Shown here: positions 59,787 to 64,000 of the stretch, piece by piece | Position numbering within the stretch: the first letter of the stretch is position 1 | Layout: each line of letters starts with the position of its first letter | Origin: an uncultured Gammaproteobacteria bacterium | GTDB lineage: Bacteria; Pseudomonadota; Gammaproteobacteria; Ga0077536 | Length of the DNA: 64,000 nucleotides | Assembly: GCA_938075585.1 (NCBI GenBank) | Contig: CALJHG010000054.1 | Location: 49,834 to 113,833, forward strand | Direction: 5' to 3' | Program-made: the position numbers and the translations under genes | The notes under the pieces: model-generated | The model's database searches: none | What the model was told of the DNA's origin: nothing | What the model saw: the letters and a program-made list of their open reading frames with translations, nothing else

Positions 59787-60710
59787 TCAGAGGAATTTTC
59801 CATAACCGTTAATAAACGTTGTTGCTTGGATTACTTTCTTTCCAGGAACTTGCAGCTCTTGGATTTGAAGATAACCATCACCGGTAGCGACCAGTAGTTT
59901 CTTTTTATCTTCTATAAAAACCTTACCCGGTGAATGCTGAACTTTCTTCATAAATACTGTCGCACTAATTATTTTGAGTTCAATGCCCGAGATGGTTGTA
60001 CGAGCACCAGGCTTAGGATGTAACGATCTTATCTTTCGGGCTATGGCAGGGGCGGTCATACTCCAGTTTATAGCTAGTTCTTCGCTTGTAATTTTGGCTG
60101 CATAAGTTACCTTGGACTCATTTTGTGAAGTCTCGCTCAAGGTGCCATTCAAAATTTGGTCTAGCGCACTGCTCAATGCCTTTCCACCCAAAGAGGCAAG
60201 ACGGATATGCATAGAACCACTGGTATCTTCTTGATTGATTGGGCAGGATTTTTTCAATAGGACCGGACCAGCATCCAATTCTTCCACTATTCTCATTATT
60301 GATATACCGGTTTCAAGGTCACCTTCGGCAATGCATCTTTGGATGGGTGCTGCACCACGCCAGCGAGGCAGAAGAGATGCATGAACATTGATTGCGAGCT
60401 TGGGAATTTGAATTACAGTCCGAGGCAATATTAGGCCGAAGGCTATAACGATGAGGACATCGGGTTTAAGCCTTTTAAGTTCATCAATCTCTTTTCCTTC
60501 GCGAAAACTTGTGATTTCACTGACAGGTAAGTTGGCGCTTTGCGCTATTTTCTTTACGGGAGACGGAATCAATTTTAAGCCTCTGCCTATCTTACTGTCG
60601 GGGCGGGTATAAACGCGGACGATTTCGATATCACTTCGATTCATGAGCACTCGTAGGCTAGGCACCGAAAATTCGGGCGTACCTGCGAAAACGACTCTTA
60701 GAGTATTCAA
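59787..60710 (-). CDS. fmt: methionyl-tRNA formyltransferase
   Basis: 307 aa with the formyltransferase N-domain (HASLLPRWRGAAPIQ). Confidence 0.92.
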   Translation of the reverse strand: MNTLRVVFAGTPEFSVPSLRVLMNRSDIEIVRVYTRPDSKIGRGLKLIPSPVKKIAQSANLPVSEITSFREGKEIDELKRLKPDVLIVIAFGLILPRTVIQIPKLAINVHASLLPRWRGAAPIQRCIAEGDLETGISIMRIVEELDAGPVLLKKSCPINQEDTSGSMHIRLASLGGKALSSALDQILNGTLSETSQNESKVTYAAKITSEELAINWSMTAPAIARKIRSLHPKPGARTTISGIELKIISATVFMKKVQHSPGKVFIEDKKKLLVATGDGYLQIQELQVPGKKVIQATTFINGYGKFL

Positions 60711-60764
60711 GACGTGATCCTCTGGGTTAATCGAAGATTATTTTGGATGAAGTTAGCAAAGGCT

Positions 60765-61259
60765 CTATGTATTTAGTTTTGAAAGTTTTTTTATTATTCT
60801 TTTTTGCTTAAAATTAGATAGCTTGTCGACAAAAAGCTTCCCTTCAAGGTGCTCGATTTCATGTTGAATACACACGGCTAATAAACCGTCCGCTTCCATT
60901 TCAAATTGAATACCGTATTGGTCGAATGCTCGGACCTTTATAGTTTCTGCGCGCGAAACTGTTTCGAAAATGCCTGGAACCGACAAGCAACCTTCTTCCA
61001 TCTCCTCTGTCCCCTCGAGAAGTGTCAGTTCAGGATTTATAAAATGTAGTGGGTAGGGGTCTTGTTTACCACAATCAACAACCATGACTCTAAGATGCAC
61101 ATCAATTTGAGTAGCGGCAAGACCGATACCGGGCGCCGCGTACATGGTTTCAAACATATCCGCAACCAAAGTTTCAAGTTTGTCGTCGTATTTAGAAACC
61201 GTCTTAGCCCTCGTGCGAAGACGTTCGTCTGGATGGTGTAAAATGTCTCGGATAGCCAT
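60765..61259 (-). CDS. def: peptide deformylase
   Basis: 164 aa. The [13 protein letters not shown] and HEIEH motifs are present. Confidence 0.92.
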   Translation of the reverse strand: MAIRDILHHPDERLRTRAKTVSKYDDKLETLVADMFETMYAAPGIGLAATQIDVHLRVMVVDCGKQDPYPLHFINPELTLLEGTEEMEEGCLSVPGIFETVSRAETIKVRAFDQYGIQFEMEADGLLAVCIQHEIEHLEGKLFVDKLSNFKQKRIIKKLSKLNT

Positions 61260-61673
61260 CAGTGATTATCATTATTAAATAAAGCTAAGGATACTTATAA
61301 CATTGTTTCTATACAAGAGATATTCTGGGAACTCATAATTGATTGCCAAACAGTTTTTCTTACTACTAGCTACGTTATTTAGTAAAAAAAAGGTTAATCA
61401 TTCGGCTAGAATTATGAGTCATTATATATATCTGACGCGAAAGTATAGTCCAAAGCGCTCTAGATCTATTTCTTAATGAGATTGACGGCATCTTTAGTTT
61501 GATACATGCTTATGATGGCATCATTGATGCAGAATATAGTGAATTTTAAAAGAAAAAGTGACCAGCTTGGGCTTTTAAATCATTTTGTATACCCCAGTTT
61601 TAGGGTTTAAGCCTGTGTTTGCTCTTGCTAGACGCGGGTGTAAAAATATTTATTTAGGTAGTAGCGAAAAATA

Positions 61674-62153
61674 ATGAAGGAAACCTTGATTGATATATTG
61701 ATATATCTATTTGAAAATTATGTGGAAGACGATATTTCGCTGGGAGTAGATGGGGAACGATTAAAGTCTGAGTTGGATAGTGCCGGCTTTGAACCCGGGC
61801 AGGTAAATAAGGCTTTCGATTGGCTTGAAGGTCTTTCTGATCGAAATCCTAGTGGTAGTTTGCTGCGGGTCGAAGGAGATAAGACATTTAGAGTCTATAC
61901 CGAAGCTGAACAAAGGAAGATTGATCTAGAATGTAGGGGGTTTTTGCATTTTCTAGAGCACACTGGTTTGCTTGATAGTCGCAGTCGCGAGGTCATCATA
62001 GAGAGAATATTTGCTTTAGACACAGAGGAAATTGAGTTAGAACAGTTGAAGTGGATAATTCTACTGGTGTTGTTAAATCAACCCGAGCAAGAGCAGGCCT
62101 TTATCTTAGTAGAAGATTTAGTGATGGGCGGTCTCGCGGGGAATCTACATTAG
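61674..62153 (+). CDS. smg: Smg protein (DUF494)
   Basis: 159 aa with the Smg family N-terminus (ETLIDILIYLFENY). It lies upstream of topA. Confidence 0.75.
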   Translation: MKETLIDILIYLFENYVEDDISLGVDGERLKSELDSAGFEPGQVNKAFDWLEGLSDRNPSGSLLRVEGDKTFRVYTEAEQRKIDLECRGFLHFLEHTGLLDSRSREVIIERIFALDTEEIELEQLKWIILLVLLNQPEQEQAFILVEDLVMGGLAGNLH

Positions 62154-62210
62154 AGTCGGATCTTAACCTAGTAATTTGAATTTTCATTTTTAATCAATTG
62201 GCAAAGAAAT

Positions 62211-64000
62211 ATGGCAAGAAATTTAGTGATTGTCGAGTCTCCAGCCAAGGCTGGGACAATCAAAAAGTATTTAGGGAAGGATTTTGAAGTATTAGCCTCC
62301 TACGGGCATGTACGTGATCTTCGAAAAAAGAATGGTGCTGTCGATACCGAGACCAACTTTTTAATGCAGTACGAGGTCGGTGAGCGCAGTATTAAGCATG
62401 TCGCAGCAATAACGAAAGCGATGAAGAAGGCGCAGGCTCTTTACTTAGCCACTGATTTAGACCGAGAGGGGGAAGCTATCTCTTGGCACTTAGTTGAGCT
62501 TCTGCATGAGCGTAATGCATTGATTGGGAAAGATGTTCACCGAGTGGTGTTTAGTGAGATTACCGAAAAGGCGATTAAAGGGGCGATAGCTGAACCGCGA
62601 GAAGTCTCTATGTCGCTGGTCAACGCGCAACAAACACGTCGAGCTTTGGATCACTTAGTGGGATTTAACCTTTCACCATTATTGTGGAAAAAGATCAAAC
62701 CTGGGTTGTCTGCCGGAAGGGTGCAAAGTCCTTCTTTACGTTTAATCTGCGAACGGGAAGCCGAGATTGAGAAATTTGATCCCAAGGAGTATTGGACGAT
62801 AGAAGCCGATACCAAAAACTTTGTGGCGAAGTTAACTTATTTTGATGACGATAAAATAAGCCAGTTCTCTATCACCGATGATAAGAAGGCCTCACAGGTT
62901 AGAGAAGGACTTTTAGAGGCGGCTGTTGGTGTTTTAGTCGTTGAAAAAGTCGAGAAAAAACAAAGAAAAAGAAATCCAACCGCGCCATTCATAACATCCA
63001 CTTTGCAGCAAGAGGGGGGGCGCAAACTAGGTTTTACTGCGCAACGTACTATGCGCACCGCGCAGCAATTATACGAAGGTATAGATGTGGGGAATGGTGA
63101 CGGCAGCGTTGGCTTGATCACCTATATGCGTACGGATTCTCTTAACTTAGCTGACGACTCGCTAGCGGAACTTCGGGATTTTATAAAAAGTCGATATGGG
63201 AAAGATCAGGCTCCAGAGGATGCCAGGGTATTTAAGACGCGCTCAAAAAATGCCCAAGAGGCACACGAAGCGATTAGACCTACTTCGTGCTTGCGCGTAC
63301 CAAATGATATAAAGGAATACCTGACCGAAGATCAGTATCGTCTTTATGATTTAATTTGGAAGAGGACCGTAGCATGCCAAATGATACCGGCTACTATCGA
63401 TACAGTTTCGGTCGATCTAGCGGCTGGCGATCGCGGAGTTTTTAGAGTCAGCGGATCTACGGTGGTGGAGCCAGGATTTATGGCAGTGTATCTAGAGGGG
63501 ACGGATGAAAACTCCGGTGATGCAGTGGGTGATTCCGAAAACAACAGACTACCCCCACTAGCAGTTGGAGAACGGATTGAGCTTGTTTCTATAAGGGGAG
63601 AGCAACATTTTACGCAGCCACCTCCTAGATACACAGAAGCTAGTTTGGTCAAGATTCTTGAGGAGTACGGTATTGGAAGACCTTCTACCTATGCGTCTAT
63701 TATCTCGACCCTCGTGCAAAGAGAGTACGTGTCAACAGAGAAAAAGAGATTTGAACCCACCGATATAGGGCGCCTAGTAAATGACTTTCTGACGAGTCAT
63801 TTTACCAGTTATGTTGATTATGAATTTACTGCGCGTCTTGAGGATGATCTCGACGCAGTTTCCCGAGGCGAACGTGATTGGCTTTCTCTGTTGGAAGAAT
63901 TTTGGTTACCCTTTAAAACAATTGTTGATGAAAAGGAAAAGAATGTTACCAGACAGGAAGCGAACCAATCGCGACATTTGGGCACTCATCCAAAGAGTAA
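62211..64000 (+). CDS. topA: DNA topoisomerase I, N-terminal ~596 aa (3' end beyond the window)
   Basis: The ORF is in frame from the ATG at 62211 to the window end. TOPRIM N-terminus is MARNLVIVESPAKAGTIKKYLGKDF. It is not in the ORF track because it lacks a stop in the window. Confidence 0.9.
   Translation, partial: MARNLVIVESPAKAGTIKKYLGKDFEVLASYGHVRDLRKKNGAVDTETNFLMQYEVGERSIKHVAAITKAMKKAQALYLATDLDREGEAISWHLVELLHERNALIGKDVHRVVFSEITEKAIKGAIAEPREVSMSLVNAQQTRRALDHLVGFNLSPLLWKKIKPGLSAGRVQSPSLRLICEREAEIEKFDPKEYWTIEADTKNFVAKLTYFDDDKISQFSITDDKKASQVREGLLEAAVGVLVVEKVEKKQRKRNPTAPFITSTLQQEGGRKLGFTAQRTMRTAQQLYEGIDVGNGDGSVGLITYMRTDSLNLADDSLAELRDFIKSRYGKDQAPEDARVFKTRSKNAQEAHEAIRPTSCLRVPNDIKEYLTEDQYRLYDLIWKRTVACQMIPATIDTVSVDLAAGDRGVFRVSGSTVVEPGFMAVYLEGTDENSGDAVGDSENNRLPPLAVGERIELVSIRGEQHFTQPPPRYTEASLVKILEEYGIGRPSTYASIISTLVQREYVSTEKKRFEPTDIGRLVNDFLTSHFTSYVDYEFTARLEDDLDAVSRGERDWLSLLEEFWLPFKTIVDEKEKNVTRQEANQSRHLGTHPKS

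Noticed and set aside
62837-63652. Two minus-strand ORFs (94 aa and 102 aa) near the window end
   Set aside because: Both lie antisense within the unterminated topA reading frame that starts at 62211, and the TopA TOPRIM/cap motifs are unambiguous.

Overview
This 64 kb window is a densely coding, AT-rich (about 41-42% GC by eye) stretch of a gammaproteobacterial chromosome, and it is almost entirely core housekeeping genes. Several gene orders match Pseudomonas-type synteny rather than the enteric order. Gene content in order is as follows. The tail of the dcw cell-division cluster (murB'-ddl-ftsQ-ftsA-ftsZ-lpxC). A DUF721/DciA-like gene opposite secA, then secA-argJ-(mutT::thiE-like fusion). 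On the minus strand, zapD-coaE-rluD, divergent from bamD. Then nadE, sucD-sucC, an orphan small membrane-anchored zinc-ribbon gene, suhB/trmJ divergent, purM, and an AI-2E permease followed by hda. Then wrbA-arsC-family-proS, ilvI-ilvH-ilvC-pssA-(holD-like)-rimI, and a PagL-like outer-membrane beta-barrel. Then a family-5 SBP / signal-less YkuD-fold gene / two Dpp-type permeases / nagZ cluster with no ATPase genes, followed by mscS, dapF-DUF484-xerC and hslV-hslU-DUF971-ubiE-ubiJ-ubiB. Then gpmI, a rhodanese gene, gpsA, trmL, a class-1B-type dihydroorotate dehydrogenase with no pyrK, and trkH-trkA. Next comes an NtrY/NtrX-like two-component pair plus a DUF4390 protein, inserted between trkA and rsmB-fmt-def. 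The window ends with smg and the 5' part of topA. I found no rRNA, tRNA (no T-loop-like GGTTCGA motifs in any intergenic region), CRISPR array, integrase, transposase or obvious mobile DNA. Neighbouring genes are often translationally coupled (ATGA/GTGA overlaps), which supports the operon calls. I could not find an obvious defence island. The parts that look least described are the SBP-YkuD-permease-nagZ module, the degenerate sigma-54-type response regulator of the NtrYX-like pair, the orphan zinc-ribbon membrane protein, and the stand-alone class-1B DHODH.
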